A stretch of DNA of 64,000 nt from an uncultured Clostridia bacterium (GCA_944381075.1 CALWJT010000005.1:65253-129252); one strand, 5' to 3'; counted from the first letter of the stretch, positions 26,080 through 37,823 are shown. Translations and numbers: made by a program. The notes: generated by a model from the sequence alone, not told the origin.

Positions 26080-28671
26080 ATGAATCTTCAGAAGTTTACA
26101 CAAAAAAGCATAGAAGCTCTGCAAAATGCGCAGACGCTGATGGCGTCGAAAGGGAACAGCCAGATCACCGAGGAGCATCTGCTGCTTGCGCTGATTGACG
26201 ACGAAGGGGGGATCGCCTCCGACCTGATTCGCCGTGCAGGCGCTTCGGTCGAGGTCATGCGCGCGGAGCTGCAGTCTGCGGTGGATGCGATGCCGGGAAT
26301 GCGGGGCGGCTCGGTGGAGGCGGATAAGATCTACATTTCAAGGGAGCTGGAGGCGGCGCTTGCCGCGGCGGAATCCATCGCTTCAAAAATGAAGGACGAG
26401 TACGTTTCCGTCGAGCATCTCATTCTCGGCATGCTGGAGAAGCCCTCCGACGGCATGCGGAAGATCTTCAAAAACGCGGGACTCGAACGCAGCGCGTTCG
26501 AGAAGGCTGTGAAGGAGATTCGCGGGAACCAGAGAGTGACAAGCGACAATCCGGAGGATACGTACGACGTGCTGGGCAAGTACGGACAGGACCTGACAGA
26601 GCTTGCCAGAAATCAGAAGCTGGATCCTGTGATCGGGCGTGACGAGGAGATCCGGCACGTCATCCGGATCCTTTCGAGAAAAACGAAGAACAATCCGTGT
26701 CTGATCGGCGAGCCGGGCGTCGGCAAGACCGCGATCGCCGAGGGACTCGCGATTCGTATCGTGCGCGGCGACGTACCGGAGAATCTGCGCGACCGCACGA
26801 TCTTTTCCCTTGATATGGGCGCGCTTGTTGCCGGCGCGAAATTCCGCGGCGAATTTGAGGAGCGGCTCAAAGCGGTTCTAAACGAGGTGAAGGAAAGCGA
26901 CGGAAAGATCATTCTGTTCATCGACGAGCTCCACACCATTGTCGGAGCGGGCAAGACGGACGGCGCCATGGATGCCGGCAATCTCTTAAAGCCGATGCTG
27001 GCGCGCGGCGAGCTGCACTGCATCGGCGCGACGACGCTCAATGAATACCGCAAATATATCGAAAAGGATCCGGCGCTGGAAAGACGGTTCCAGCCGGTCC
27101 TTGTGGCGGAGCCGACGGTGGAGGATACCATTTCCATCCTGCGCGGACTGAAGGAGCGCTATGAAGTATACCACGGCGTCAAAATTCAGGATCAGGCGCT
27201 CATCGCCGCGGCCGTTCTCTCCAATCGATATATTTCCGACCGTTTCCTGCCGGATAAGGCGATCGACCTTGTGGACGAGGCGTGCGCGCTGATTAAAACG
27301 GAGATGGAATCCATGCCGACGGAGATGGACGAGATTTCGCATAAGATCATGCAGCTTGAAATCGAGGAGGCGGCTCTTACCAAGGAGACGGATAAGCTCG
27401 CGGCGGAGCATCTTTCCGAGATCCGCGCCGAGCTTGCGGAGCTGCGCGAGAAATTCTCCGGCATGAAGGCAAAATGGGAAAACGAAAAGCAGTCCATCGG
27501 GAAGGTCCAGAAGATCCGCGAGGAGATCGAGAAGACCAACGCGGAGATCGAGCGGGCCCAGTCCGCCTATGACCTTGCCAAGGCGGCGGAGCTGAAATAC
27601 GGGAAGCTTCCGGAATTGCAAAAAGAGCTTGCCGAAGAGGAAAAGAAGGCGGAAACGCAGAAGAATACACTGCTGCGTGACCGTGTGACAGAAGAAGAGA
27701 TCGCAAGGATCGTTTCCCGCTGGACGGGGATTCCGGTATCCAAGCTCATGGAGGGCGAGCGCGATAAGCTGTTAGGCTTGGATAAGATCCTGCACCGTCG
27801 TGTGATTGGACAGGACGAGGCGGTGGAAAAGGTGTGCGATGCGATCCTGCGTTCGCGTGCAGGCATTCAGGACCCGAAGCGTCCGATCGGCTCCTTCCTG
27901 TTTCTCGGTCCCACCGGCGTCGGCAAAACGGAGCTTGCCAAGGCGCTGGCCGAGGCTCTCTTCGACGATGAGCACAATATGATCCGGATCGATATGAGCG
28001 AATATATGGAGAAATATTCCGTTTCGAGACTCATTGGCGCGCCTCCCGGCTATGTCGGCTACGATGAGGGAGGACAGCTCACAGAGGCGGTCCGCCGCCG
28101 CCCGTATTCTGTCGTACTGTTCGATGAGATCGAAAAGGCGCATCCCGACGTGTTCAACGTGCTTTTGCAGGTGCTCGACGACGGGCGCATCACGGACAGC
28201 CAGGGCAGGACAGTGGATTTTAAGAATACGATCATCATCATGACCTCCAACCTCGGTTCCGACATCATTCTGGAGGGGATCGGCAAAGACGGCGCTATCA
28301 GCGGGGAAGCGCGGGAGTCTGTGACGGCGCTTCTTCGCCGTTCGTTCCGTCCGGAATTCCTCAACCGAATCGACGAGATCGTCTTCTACCGTCCGCTTAC
28401 GAAGGAGAATATTTACGGTATCGTAGATCTTCTTGTTGCCGACCTTGCCGCCCGCCTTGCCGACAAGCGCGTCGGATTGAAGATCACGGATGCGGCCAAG
28501 GACTATATCATCGCGTCTGCTTATGATCCGACCTATGGCGCCCGTCCGCTCAAGAGGTTCATTCAGTCTAAGGTGGAGACGCTCATCGCCCGCAAGATCA
28601 TCGCGGAGGACATTGCGCCCGATACGGTCATCACCATCGATGTGGAAAACGGAGCCCTTGTAGCGAAATAA
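26080..28671 (+). CDS. clpB: ATP-dependent chaperone ClpB
   Basis: 863 aa with Clp_N repeats, Walker A motifs [10 protein letters not shown] and [10 protein letters not shown], and a long coiled-coil middle domain. Confidence 0.95.
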   Translation: MNLQKFTQKSIEALQNAQTLMASKGNSQITEEHLLLALIDDEGGIASDLIRRAGASVEVMRAELQSAVDAMPGMRGGSVEADKIYISRELEAALAAAESIASKMKDEYVSVEHLILGMLEKPSDGMRKIFKNAGLERSAFEKAVKEIRGNQRVTSDNPEDTYDVLGKYGQDLTELARNQKLDPVIGRDEEIRHVIRILSRKTKNNPCLIGEPGVGKTAIAEGLAIRIVRGDVPENLRDRTIFSLDMGALVAGAKFRGEFEERLKAVLNEVKESDGKIILFIDELHTIVGAGKTDGAMDAGNLLKPMLARGELHCIGATTLNEYRKYIEKDPALERRFQPVLVAEPTVEDTISILRGLKERYEVYHGVKIQDQALIAAAVLSNRYISDRFLPDKAIDLVDEACALIKTEMESMPTEMDEISHKIMQLEIEEAALTKETDKLAAEHLSEIRAELAELREKFSGMKAKWENEKQSIGKVQKIREEIEKTNAEIERAQSAYDLAKAAELKYGKLPELQKELAEEEKKAETQKNTLLRDRVTEEEIARIVSRWTGIPVSKLMEGERDKLLGLDKILHRRVIGQDEAVEKVCDAILRSRAGIQDPKRPIGSFLFLGPTGVGKTELAKALAEALFDDEHNMIRIDMSEYMEKYSVSRLIGAPPGYVGYDEGGQLTEAVRRRPYSVVLFDEIEKAHPDVFNVLLQVLDDGRITDSQGRTVDFKNTIIIMTSNLGSDIILEGIGKDGAISGEARESVTALLRRSFRPEFLNRIDEIVFYRPLTKENIYGIVDLLVADLAARLADKRVGLKITDAAKDYIIASAYDPTYGARPLKRFIQSKVETLIARKIIAEDIAPDTVITIDVENGALVAK

Positions 28672-28765
28672 AAAGGGAATTTCCGCTTGAAAAAATCAAA
28701 GCAGCCGCCAAAGCGATATACGGCGGCACGGAGGCGGAGCAGAGAAGGCTTTTCACTGCTCCGCC

Positions 28766-28813
28766 AAAAAAGAGGAGACGCACCGGCTTTGCCGGTGCGT
28801 CTCCCCTTTTTTC
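28766..28813. terminator. Bidirectional rho-independent terminator
   Basis: GGAGACGCACCGGC-ttt-GCCGGTGCGTCTCC (14 bp), flanked by an A-run and a T-run, between convergent clpB and the uvrA-like gene. Confidence 0.9.
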
Positions 28814-28816
28814 TCT

Positions 28817-31294
28817 TTACAGATATTTCCCTGTGACACTGTTTGGATTGTTTTTCATTTCCTGCGGTGTTCCCACGGCAATGATCTCTCCGCCCTCTTC
28901 TCCTCCTCCCGGTCCCATATCGATCATATAGTCCGCGTTGCGGATGATATCCAAGTCATGCTCGATCACCAGTACGGTCGCGCCGTTGTCGATCAGGGTT
29001 TGAAATACGTGTAGCAAGACACGGACATCCAGCGGGTGCAGGCCGATGCTTGGCTCATCGAACACAAAGACGGAATCCGTCTGTGTTTTCCCGATTTCGC
29101 TGGCAAGCTTGAGTCTTTGCGCTTCTCCGCCGGAGAGACTGGGCGTTTCTTCGCCGAGCGTCAAATATCCAAGACCGAGCTGATGAAGTATCTGCAGCTT
29201 TTGCTCCACGGTTTTCATTTCTCTGCAAAATTCGATAGCGGAATCGACGTCCATTTCCATGAGCTCAGGCAAAGAGCAGGACATGCCCGCGCCGTTGGTC
29301 AGCCGAATGCCGTATGCCGTCTTTTCATATCGCGAGCCGCGGCAGTCCGGGCAGGGAACCTGGACATCCGGCAGAAACTGGATATCCAGGCTGACGATGC
29401 CGGTACCGTCGCAGCCGGGACAGCGCAGGCTGCCGGTGTTATAGGAAAAATCGCCTGCGCCAAGCCCTTTTTCCTTGGCGTCTGCCGATCTTGCATATAG
29501 CTTTCTCAGCTCATCGTGTATGCCTGCGTAGGTCGCGACGGTGGAGCGCACATTGATGCCGATCGGCGTTGCATCGATCAATTTGACGTGCTGTATCCCG
29601 TCGGCCCTTATCTTACGGATATGGTCCGGCATCCGGCCGCCGTTTATCATGGCTTCCAACGCAGGCACCAGGCTTTCCAGAACCATTGTTGTTTTCCCGG
29701 ATCCGGATACGCCGGTCACAACAGTGAGCCGGCCTTTGGGGATATCGACCTCCAAGGGCTTTACGGTGTGGAGCCGGCTTGTGGACAGATGAAGCGTTCC
29801 GTTTGCGAAGATCTTTTCGGGGGCGGGAAAATGCCGCAGAACGGTCTCCGCCTTTCCCGACAGAAAGGCTCCGATCTGCGAGCAGGTATTCTTTTGGATG
29901 GAGGCGACGGTTCCCTCGGCGATCACATATCCGCCCTTTGCGCCTGCCTGTGGACCCATTTCGATGATCCAGTCGGCCTGCTTCAAGATTTGAGTATCAT
30001 GATCGACCAGAATGACGGAATTCCCATCCGCCGTAAGATCACGCATGACGCCGGTAAGTCCGACGATATTGGACGGATGCAGGCCGATGGACGGCTCATC
30101 CAGCACATATAGAACGCCGGTCGTGCGGTTGCGGACCGCGCGCGCAAGCTGCATCCGCTGCCGTTCCCCTGTGGAAAGGGTAGAGGACGCGCGGTCGAGC
30201 GAAAGATAGCCAAGGCCCAGGTCGATCAGCCTGCGGGCGGTATCCGCAAAGGACTCGCAAATGCTCTCTGCCATCGGACGCATTTCCTCGACTAAGGATG
30301 CGGGCACATCCTGCACCCAGCGGACCAGCTCGGAGAGCGTCATCGTGCAGACCTCGTCAAGAGCGATCCCGCGCAGCTTAGGATAGCGGGCCGCCTCGGA
30401 AAGGCGCGTCCCGCCGCACGCCGGACAGATGTCCTCCTTCAGGAATTTTTCTACCCGCTTCATCCCTTTTTCATCCTTGACCTTGGCAAGCGCATTTTCT
30501 ACCGTATAAACGGCGTTGTAATAGGTGAAATCCAGCTCTCCCGCCTGATTGGAGTTTTTGGCTTTGTAAAGGATATGCTTTTTGACTGCCGGACCGTGAT
30601 ATACGATCTCCTTTTCCCGTTCGGTCAGCTCACGGAACGGAATGTTGGTGCGGACCCCCATTTCCCGGCAGACATCGGTCATCAGCGACCACATCAGGCT
30701 GTTCCAGGGGGCGACGGCGCCCTCGTCGATCGTGAGCGAGTCGTCCGGCACAAGGGAATCCATATCGACCGTGCGGATGCTCCCTGTCCCGCCGCATTTC
30801 GGACAGGCTCCCTGCGAATTGAACGCCAGCTCCTCTGCCGACGGAGCATAAAAATGGACGCCGCATTCGGGGCAGATGAGCTCCTTGCCGGCTGCAACTG
30901 CCAGCGACGGCTTCAGATAGTGCCCGTTCGGGCAGCGATGGCTGGCCAGACGCGAATACATCAGGCGCAGGCCGTTCAGCAGCTCCGTCCCGGTGCCGAA
31001 GGTGCTGCGGATGCCGGGCACGGCGGGCCTTTGATGCAGTGCCAGCGCCGCCGGTACATACAGGACCTCCTCTGCCGCCGCCTTGGATGCCTGCGTCATC
31101 CTTCTTCGCGTGTAGGTGGACAGCGCCTCCAAATATCGTCTCGAGCCCTCCGCATACAGAACGCCCAGTGCCAGCGAGGATTTTCCGGAGCCGGAAACGC
31201 CGGCGATCCCCACGATCCGATGGAGGGGGATGTCGACGTCTATGTTTTTCAGATTATGGACCTTTGCGCCTCTGATGAGCATTTTATCGATCAT
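28817..31294 (-). CDS. UvrA-family ABC ATPase paralog (short, class II-like)
   Basis: 825 aa with GVSGSGKSS and GVSGSGKTT Walker A motifs and CxxC zinc modules. ATG at 31294. The track start at 31453 was rejected. Confidence 0.8.
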   Translation of the reverse strand: MIDKMLIRGAKVHNLKNIDVDIPLHRIVGIAGVSGSGKSSLALGVLYAEGSRRYLEALSTYTRRRMTQASKAAAEEVLYVPAALALHQRPAVPGIRSTFGTGTELLNGLRLMYSRLASHRCPNGHYLKPSLAVAAGKELICPECGVHFYAPSAEELAFNSQGACPKCGGTGSIRTVDMDSLVPDDSLTIDEGAVAPWNSLMWSLMTDVCREMGVRTNIPFRELTEREKEIVYHGPAVKKHILYKAKNSNQAGELDFTYYNAVYTVENALAKVKDEKGMKRVEKFLKEDICPACGGTRLSEAARYPKLRGIALDEVCTMTLSELVRWVQDVPASLVEEMRPMAESICESFADTARRLIDLGLGYLSLDRASSTLSTGERQRMQLARAVRNRTTGVLYVLDEPSIGLHPSNIVGLTGVMRDLTADGNSVILVDHDTQILKQADWIIEMGPQAGAKGGYVIAEGTVASIQKNTCSQIGAFLSGKAETVLRHFPAPEKIFANGTLHLSTSRLHTVKPLEVDIPKGRLTVVTGVSGSGKTTMVLESLVPALEAMINGGRMPDHIRKIRADGIQHVKLIDATPIGINVRSTVATYAGIHDELRKLYARSADAKEKGLGAGDFSYNTGSLRCPGCDGTGIVSLDIQFLPDVQVPCPDCRGSRYEKTAYGIRLTNGAGMSCSLPELMEMDVDSAIEFCREMKTVEQKLQILHQLGLGYLTLGEETPSLSGGEAQRLKLASEIGKTQTDSVFVFDEPSIGLHPLDVRVLLHVFQTLIDNGATVLVIEHDLDIIRNADYMIDMGPGGGEEGGEIIAVGTPQEMKNNPNSVTGKYL

Positions 31295-31459
31295 TGTACT
31301 TAACCTTATCCGTTCAATATTTTGAATATGTCGGGCCGTTTTGTAAAATGGGAAGAAGCGGTCCCCGTCGAGAGAAAGGGCATCCCGCGCGCATAGGGGC
31401 CCGGCAAGATGGCCTGCGCCGCGTCGGCCGATTCCGCAGCGCGGATATCGCATCCGGCG

Positions 31460-31614
31460 GGCAAGGCTGCGGCGTCAAGGAAGTCCGATGCAAGCCGGAT
31501 TTTGGGGAAGCTTTCGTCCTTTCCCGAAGCGGCTTTGGCAGCGGTCCCCCCGGGCGGATTTGCACGGGTCACCGGTGCTTCGGTATAGCGCCGGAGGACG
31601 GCCGCAGCCTTGCC
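31460..31614 (-). promoter_or_regulatory. Structured intergenic element: three nested perfect helices
   Basis: P1 31460-73/31601-14 (14 bp), P2 31515-20/31595-600 (6 bp), P3 31524-30/31577-83 (7 bp). It starts 1 nt after the dnaE stop codon. Confidence 0.35.
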
Positions 31615-31615
31615 G

Positions 31616-34600
31616 CTATTTGAGCACGACCGAATCTTCTCCGAGGAGAGCTTTTAGAAGCTTCATCATATTGGGCTGAATATCGGCGAGCCTGTTGACG
31701 GCGCGTACATATTTTTTTTCGTCCATCATATAAAAAACGACGGGAACGGTGCCCTGGAAGATGTCGAGCAGACTCTGTACGCGGCGGAAAAGCGCGCACT
31801 GCTGGTTTTCTACGCGCAGGTAAAGCGTTTTGGGCTTCTGCGGCATCTCTGCGGACGCGGCGTGCATTGCCGCTCGCGGAAGGTCCCGCTTGTCGCGCAG
31901 AGGGGTGACAGGCTCGTCGCCGATATCGGCAAGGAGCATCTCCAGCCTGGATACCAAAAGCTTCGGCGCCGCGTCCTCCGACGCGGAGATCTCGCCGAAT
32001 GCGGCGATGGCGGCGTTGGGTGCCAGGAAATATGAATATTTTTCAAGGACCTTCGGAAATACGACAAGCTCCATTTCTCCGAACCGGTCCTCGATGCGCA
32101 GGAATGCCATAGGCGCGCCCTGCCGCGTCTGCTTGTTGGTGCGCGAGGTGAGAAGCCCTGCAACGGTGACGGATTCCTTATCATGATAGATCTGCTCCTC
32201 TCCTTCCTCGAAGGAGGTGAGGATGTCAGAGATCGGCACGGCGCCGAGAAGCGACGCATGCCGCTCGTATTCGTCGAACGGATGGCCGGAAAAGTACATG
32301 CCCATGCTCTCCTTTTCCTGATACAGGCGCTCCTTGACGGAAAGCTCCGGAATGTCGGGATAGGCGTAATCGAGAGTCGGGGCATCGTCCGGCGCGGCGT
32401 TCCCGATGGTGAAAAGGTCGAACTGTCCTTCCAGACGCGAGCGGCTTTTCTTCATATAAATATCGATGATTTTTTCGTATTCGGAGAGGAGCGCCGCGCG
32501 GGAGGTCCCCAGCGAATCAAACGCGCCGCTTTTGATTAGACTTTCGACCTGTCTCTTGTTGAGCTCGCGTCCGCTCATGCGGGAGATAAAATTTTCAAAG
32601 GAGGTGAATTTTCCCGTGCTGCGTTCCCGTGTCACCTCGGCAAGGAAGCTGCGGCCGACGTTTTTGATGCCGAGAAGTCCGAATCGGATCGCCTTTTTCC
32701 CGTTTTGCGCGACCACGCTGTAGGTATCCAAACTTTCGTTGATGTCGGGCCCTAAGACGGCGATCTTCATTTTCTGCGCCTGATCCACATAGACGGCGGT
32801 CTTGGTCATGTTGCCGAGCACGGAGGTGAGCAGGGAGGCGAGGTATTCGCACGGATAATGCGCCTTGAGGTAGGCGGTCCGGAACGAAATATAGGCGTAA
32901 GCCGTGGCGTGGCTTTTGTTGAAGGCATATTCCGCAAAGGCAGACATGGTGTCGAAGATTTCGCTTGCGACTTCCTCGGAAAGGCCTGCGGCGAGCGCGC
33001 CGTGACAGATTTCATTCCCGTTTTCATCCTTTTCGCCGTAGATGAACGCATGGCGCTCCGCCTCCATTTCCTTCGCTTTTTTCTTGGACATGGCGCGGCG
33101 GATGATATCCGCGCGCCCGTAGGAAAAGCCGGCGATCTCACGGCAGATGGTCATGACCTGCTCCTGATAGAGGATGCAGCCGGAGGTCTCGTCGAGGATC
33201 TTTTTCAGCTGCGGACAAGAATACTGGATCTTTTCCGGATGCTGCCGGTATTCGAGAAATTTCGGGATGGATTCCATCGGTCCCGGCCGGTAAAGCGAGA
33301 TGGCGAGGATGATGTCCTCGATGCAGGCGGGCTGCATCTGGACAAGCAATTTTCGCATGCCGCCGGATTCCAGCTGAAAGACGCCGTCGGTCCTGCCGGA
33401 GGAGATGAGCTCATAGGTTTTTTTGTCGTCAAAGGGGACGCTCCGAAGCTCGAAGGAAGGCTCGCTCCTTCGGATCTGCTTTTCCGTATCCGAGAGGATG
33501 GTGAGATACCGCAGCCCTAAAAAGTCGAACTTGAGCAGTCCGAGACTGGCGATGGTGTCCATCGGGAACTGCGTCAGCGTCATTTCGTCGTTGACGGCGA
33601 CGGGGACATAGTCATAGACAGGCTTGTCCGTGATGACGATGCCGGCGGCATGCGCCGAGGCATGGCGCGGCATGCCCTCGAGCGCCTTGGAAAGCTCGAT
33701 GAGCCGGCGGACCTCGTCGCTGCTTTGGACCATCTGTCCGAGCGGGCCTTTCAGCGCTTCGTCAATGGTGATATGCAGGTCGTTCGGGACCGCCTTTGCC
33801 ACGACATCTACGTCGGCATAGCTCATGCCGAGCACGCGCCCGACGTCGCGTATGACGGCTTTGGCGGCGAGCGTTCCGAACGTGGTGATGCCGCAGACGT
33901 GGTCGTGCCCGTATTTGTCTGCCACATATTCGATGACCTCGCCGCGTCTGTCATAGCAGAAGTCCGTGTCGAAATCGGGCATGCTGACGCGCTCCGGATT
34001 GAGGAAGCGCTCGAACATCAGATGATACCGGATGGAGTCCACATCGGTGATGCCGACGAGATATGCGACAAGGCTTCCGGCGCCGGAGCCGCGTCCCGGC
34101 CCCACCGGAATCCCGCGGGATTTGGCATGGCGGATAAAATCCGCCACGATGAGATAGTACTCTGCGTATCCCATTTGGATGATGACGGACAGCTCATAGC
34201 GGGTCCGCTCACGGTAGACCGCCTCCGTATGTTCTTCCGTGAAGGCGATCTCCCCCGCCTTGACCTTCGCCGCGAAGCCCTCCTCAGCGAGCCTGCGCAG
34301 GTAAGCCTCCGGTGTTTCTCCGGTATCGGGCTGGAAGCGCGGCAGATAGATATGAGAAAAATCGAAGTCAAATTGACACATGTCGGCGATTTTTACGGTA
34401 TTTTGGATGGCGCCCTCGTAATCGGCGAACAGCGCCTCCATTTCCTCGGTGCTTTTCATGTAAAACTCGTCCGTTTCAAAGCCGAACGGACGGCCGTCCG
34501 CGATTTTGCTGTTCGTCTGGATGCACATGAGTACCGCCTGCGTATCCGCATCTCCGCGGCGCAGATAGTGCGCATCATTGGTGGCGACCATCGGAATCCC

Positions 34601-35188
34601 GGTTTCGCGGGAAAGGCGGAGGATCCCGGCATTGACTTCCTTCTGCGTTTCTATGCCGTGGTCCTGAAGCTCAAGATAATAGTTTTCCTCGCCGAAAAGC
34701 CGTCGCATGGCAAGCGCATGCTCCTTCGCCTTGTCGTATTCGCCGGCGGCAAGCATGCGCGGGATGTATCCCGCAAGGCATGCGGAAAGGCAGATAAGTC
34801 CCTCGCTGTGCTCCGAGAGCAGGTCAAGGTCGATGCGCGGCTTGGTATAGAAGCCCTCTGTAAAGGCTTTCGACACCATATAGCTGAGGTTTTTGTATCC
34901 GGTCTCGTTTTTGACGAGCAGGACGAGATGATAGCGGGTGCCGTCCGTTTCGTGGCGCTTGTCGAAGCGGGAGCCCGCCGCGACATAGACCTCGCAGCCG
35001 ATGATGGGCTGGATGCCGGCATCCTTGCAGGCGCGGTAAAAATCGACAACGCCGTACATCACGCCATGGTCGGTGATGGCGACGGCGGTCTGTCCCAGCT
35101 CCGCCGCCCGCTTGGGAATATCCCGGATCCGGCAGGCGCCGTCAAGCAGGCTGTATTCGCTGTGCAGATGAAGATGAACGAACGGCAT
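31616..35188 (-). CDS. dnaE: DNA polymerase III alpha subunit
   Basis: 1190 aa. PHP domain start MPFVHLHLHSEYSLLDG. ATG at 35188 with an AAGGAGG RBS inside the whiA 3' end. Confidence 0.95.
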   Translation of the reverse strand: MPFVHLHLHSEYSLLDGACRIRDIPKRAAELGQTAVAITDHGVMYGVVDFYRACKDAGIQPIIGCEVYVAAGSRFDKRHETDGTRYHLVLLVKNETGYKNLSYMVSKAFTEGFYTKPRIDLDLLSEHSEGLICLSACLAGYIPRMLAAGEYDKAKEHALAMRRLFGEENYYLELQDHGIETQKEVNAGILRLSRETGIPMVATNDAHYLRRGDADTQAVLMCIQTNSKIADGRPFGFETDEFYMKSTEEMEALFADYEGAIQNTVKIADMCQFDFDFSHIYLPRFQPDTGETPEAYLRRLAEEGFAAKVKAGEIAFTEEHTEAVYRERTRYELSVIIQMGYAEYYLIVADFIRHAKSRGIPVGPGRGSGAGSLVAYLVGITDVDSIRYHLMFERFLNPERVSMPDFDTDFCYDRRGEVIEYVADKYGHDHVCGITTFGTLAAKAVIRDVGRVLGMSYADVDVVAKAVPNDLHITIDEALKGPLGQMVQSSDEVRRLIELSKALEGMPRHASAHAAGIVITDKPVYDYVPVAVNDEMTLTQFPMDTIASLGLLKFDFLGLRYLTILSDTEKQIRRSEPSFELRSVPFDDKKTYELISSGRTDGVFQLESGGMRKLLVQMQPACIEDIILAISLYRPGPMESIPKFLEYRQHPEKIQYSCPQLKKILDETSGCILYQEQVMTICREIAGFSYGRADIIRRAMSKKKAKEMEAERHAFIYGEKDENGNEICHGALAAGLSEEVASEIFDTMSAFAEYAFNKSHATAYAYISFRTAYLKAHYPCEYLASLLTSVLGNMTKTAVYVDQAQKMKIAVLGPDINESLDTYSVVAQNGKKAIRFGLLGIKNVGRSFLAEVTRERSTGKFTSFENFISRMSGRELNKRQVESLIKSGAFDSLGTSRAALLSEYEKIIDIYMKKSRSRLEGQFDLFTIGNAAPDDAPTLDYAYPDIPELSVKERLYQEKESMGMYFSGHPFDEYERHASLLGAVPISDILTSFEEGEEQIYHDKESVTVAGLLTSRTNKQTRQGAPMAFLRIEDRFGEMELVVFPKVLEKYSYFLAPNAAIAAFGEISASEDAAPKLLVSRLEMLLADIGDEPVTPLRDKRDLPRAAMHAASAEMPQKPKTLYLRVENQQCALFRRVQSLLDIFQGTVPVVFYMMDEKKYVRAVNRLADIQPNMMKLLKALLGEDSVVLK

Positions 35189-35189
35189 G

Positions 35190-36080
35190 TCAGGATCCTC
35201 CTTTCCGGTTCTGCTTGCAGGATTCTTCATAATAAGCATGGATTTTTTGCAGGCGCTTGCTGATCTGGGACTTGGACACCGGTGGGTCCTCCAGCGCCGC
35301 AAGCTCGGTAAGCGTCGCCGTATCGTTTTCCAGCCGGAGCTTCGCGGTATGGCGCAGCTCCGGCGGGAGCTTTTCAAAATCGCCGGATTTTATCAGCGCA
35401 CGGATCGCTTCCGTATGAGCGGCAGCGGCGCTTACGGTTTTGGTAAGGTTGGCAATTTCAAAATTGGCCTTCCGGTTGATTTCACTTCGTTTTTCCTTGA
35501 ACATTTGGGCGTTGATCATGTCGAACGCCGCCTTGTTCGCGCCGATATAGGAGAGAAAATATTCGACGCTTTCCGCATCGCGGTAATATAAAATTTGTTT
35601 TCCGCGCCGCACGGAAAGCTTTGGCAGCCGGAAATGGCTTGTAAGCGCCGCCGCAGCATCACACGCAAGGTCGGCGTCAGGCGTGGAGAGTTCGAGCCTT
35701 GCCGGTTTTTCCGGCGGATTTACAAAGCCTGAAGCGAGAAAGGCGCCGCGGAAAAAGGCCGCGCCGCAGCCGGCGCAGGCAAAAAGCGTCCGGATGCTTT
35801 TTCCGGAGAAAAGCGCCGGCATGCGTTCTCGGACCGCTTGGGCGGAGAGCCGCGTCTTGTAAAGACCGCCGGATTTCCGGATGCAGACCTCCGTTTCTGT
35901 ACAGCGGGCGAGAAGCGCCTCCCAGGCGCCGGCGACCTGCCGCACCTCTGTTTGCAGCAGGAGCGTTCCGTCCTTTTCCGCGGAAAAGAGCAGCATGCCT
36001 GACAGCATGGAAAGGCGGCAGCAGCCGCGCTCCGGGATTTCCCGCGCGAGCGCGATTTTGGTTTCACTCGAAAACGACAT
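35190..36080 (-). CDS. whiA: Sporulation/cell-division regulator WhiA
   Basis: MSFSSETKIALAREI..RGCC start, LAGLIDADG-like middle, and a C-terminal HTH (SKSQISKRLQKI). Confidence 0.9.
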   Translation of the reverse strand: MSFSSETKIALAREIPERGCCRLSMLSGMLLFSAEKDGTLLLQTEVRQVAGAWEALLARCTETEVCIRKSGGLYKTRLSAQAVRERMPALFSGKSIRTLFACAGCGAAFFRGAFLASGFVNPPEKPARLELSTPDADLACDAAAALTSHFRLPKLSVRRGKQILYYRDAESVEYFLSYIGANKAAFDMINAQMFKEKRSEINRKANFEIANLTKTVSAAAAHTEAIRALIKSGDFEKLPPELRHTAKLRLENDTATLTELAALEDPPVSKSQISKRLQKIHAYYEESCKQNRKGGS

Positions 36081-36101
36081 AAAAAAACTTCCTTTGCTTG
36101 C

Positions 36102-36986
36102 TTAATAGGGGATGCGGATGACCTCCGGCTCGAGCAGGATGCCGGTCTTTCTGAATACGTCCTCGCGCACGAGCTCGATGAGCCGCAGAATGTCCTCCGT
36201 CGTGGCGCCGCCGCGGTTGACGATGAAGCCTGCGTGCTTTTCGGAGACTTCCGCGCCGCCGACCCGCTTGCCCTTGAGTCCCGCCTGCTCGATCAGGGCG
36301 CCGGCATATGCGCAGGGGGGACGCTTGAAGATGCTGCCTGCGTTCGGATATTCAAGCGGCTGGCTCTCTCTGCGGGAGCTCATATGCTTTTTGGAGCGCG
36401 CGCGGATCTCCGAAGGGTCGCCGGGAACAAGGGAAAAGACCGCGCGCAGGATCACCTCTCCCGTTTTTCGATAGATGCTCGAACGGTAGGCAAAGGCGTG
36501 GGCGCAGTATCCGCGCGTAAATACATCGCATCCCCGCAGATAGTCGCTGGAAACGAGAACGTCTGCGATTTCCGAGCCGTAAGCGCCCGCATTCATATAA
36601 ACGGCGCCCCCGACGGTGCCGGGGATGCCGTATGCGAATTCCAGTCCGGAGAGTCCGCGCGCGGCAGCCTCTCTGGCAAGAGCGGTGACGGAGACCCCGC
36701 ATTCCGCTGTGACGGTATTCGCGTTCCAGAGCACGCCGCGCAGTCCGCCGGTAAAAATGATAAGCCCGTCGAAGCCGCGGTCATCGAAAAGAAGGTTGGT
36801 GGCGTTTCCGACGATGAGATATCGGATATTTTGCTCGTTTGCCGTCCGGACAAGCTCCGTCAGAGAGGGAATGGTTTTGGGAAAGGCGGCCGCTGCGGCA
36901 GGACCGCCCGTTCTCATCGAACAGTGACGGGAAAGCGGTTCATTTTTCAGGATCTTTATGTTTTCCGGTATCCAAAAGTCTTGCAT
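36102..36986 (-). CDS. murB: UDP-N-acetylenolpyruvoylglucosamine reductase
   Basis: 294 aa with SMRTGGPA, GNATNLL and the C-terminal SEKHAGFIVN motif. ATG at 36986. The track start at 37241 was rejected. Confidence 0.9.
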   Translation of the reverse strand: MQDFWIPENIKILKNEPLSRHCSMRTGGPAAAAAFPKTIPSLTELVRTANEQNIRYLIVGNATNLLFDDRGFDGLIIFTGGLRGVLWNANTVTAECGVSVTALAREAAARGLSGLEFAYGIPGTVGGAVYMNAGAYGSEIADVLVSSDYLRGCDVFTRGYCAHAFAYRSSIYRKTGEVILRAVFSLVPGDPSEIRARSKKHMSSRRESQPLEYPNAGSIFKRPPCAYAGALIEQAGLKGKRVGGAEVSEKHAGFIVNRGGATTEDILRLIELVREDVFRKTGILLEPEVIRIPY

Positions 36987-37154
36987 GGCGCCCTCCCGTG
37001 AGCAGAAAATTTTACTTACTCTTATTATAGCAGAAAAATATGAAAAAAGATATAGATTTTCCTCTTTTTTCCGAAATCTTTCTTGACTTTCGGCGACGGG
37101 TATGCTACAATCAAAAATGTTCCAAACGGAACACTTTTGAAAGGACGTGGTTGT

Positions 37155-37823
37155 ATGGCGGAGAGACCTTCTTCGCAGGAGGTCATAGAGGTCCTGCGCG
37201 GCTGCCGTATCTTTTCCGGAATGTCGGAGCAGACGGCGCATACGCTTGGCGGACTTCCGACAGCGTCGTTTGGCGCAGGAGATATCCTTGCGGGCGGCGA
37301 GGCGTTTTCGCCGCGGCTCGGCGTGCTGCTTTCCGGAAAGGCGAATATTTACGGACGCGGCAGCGGACGCCGCGTGCTTCTCAACCGGATCGGCAGGGGC
37401 GATGTGTTCGGCGCGGCGTGTGTGTTTTTTGCAGAGCCGAAAAATGTCAGCACCGTCACCGCGGTGTCGAAGGGCCGGATCCTTTTCATAGAGCGCGGCT
37501 GTTTGGAAACAATAATGAAAAGCGACTTTTCCGTCGCTGCGGCCTACATCGAGTTCTTATCCGGAAAGATCTGCTTCCTGAATCAGAAGATCATCGCGTT
37601 CACCGCGAAAAGCGCCGAATCGGCGCTCGCCGGCTTCCTCTTGGAGCAGGCGGAGCGCGCCGATGTCCTGCATGTCGCCATGACGCGGCTTGCCAGCATC
37701 CTTGGGATCGGGCGAACGACGCTTTACCGCGCGCTGGATACGCTGGAGCGGGACGGCTGTATCGCCTGCGAGGGAAAAGAAATCCGCATTTTAGACAAAA
37801 ATCGATTGGAAACGAGGTATTGA
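37155..37823 (+). CDS. Crp/Fnr family transcriptional regulator
   Basis: cNMP-binding-like N-terminus and a C-terminal HTH LASILGIGRTTLYRALDTLERDG. Confidence 0.8.
   Translation: MAERPSSQEVIEVLRGCRIFSGMSEQTAHTLGGLPTASFGAGDILAGGEAFSPRLGVLLSGKANIYGRGSGRRVLLNRIGRGDVFGAACVFFAEPKNVSTVTAVSKGRILFIERGCLETIMKSDFSVAAAYIEFLSGKICFLNQKIIAFTAKSAESALAGFLLEQAERADVLHVAMTRLASILGIGRTTLYRALDTLERDGCIACEGKEIRILDKNRLETRY

Noticed and set aside
31520-31600. Partial resemblance of GUGCAAAUCCG...GGGACCGCUGCC (minus strand) to cobalamin-riboswitch core elements.
   Set aside because: The match is only fragmentary. I cannot identify the B12-box and the flanking conserved helices, and the downstream gene (a uvrA paralog) makes no biological sense for B12 control. 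I kept it only as a generic structured-RNA candidate.
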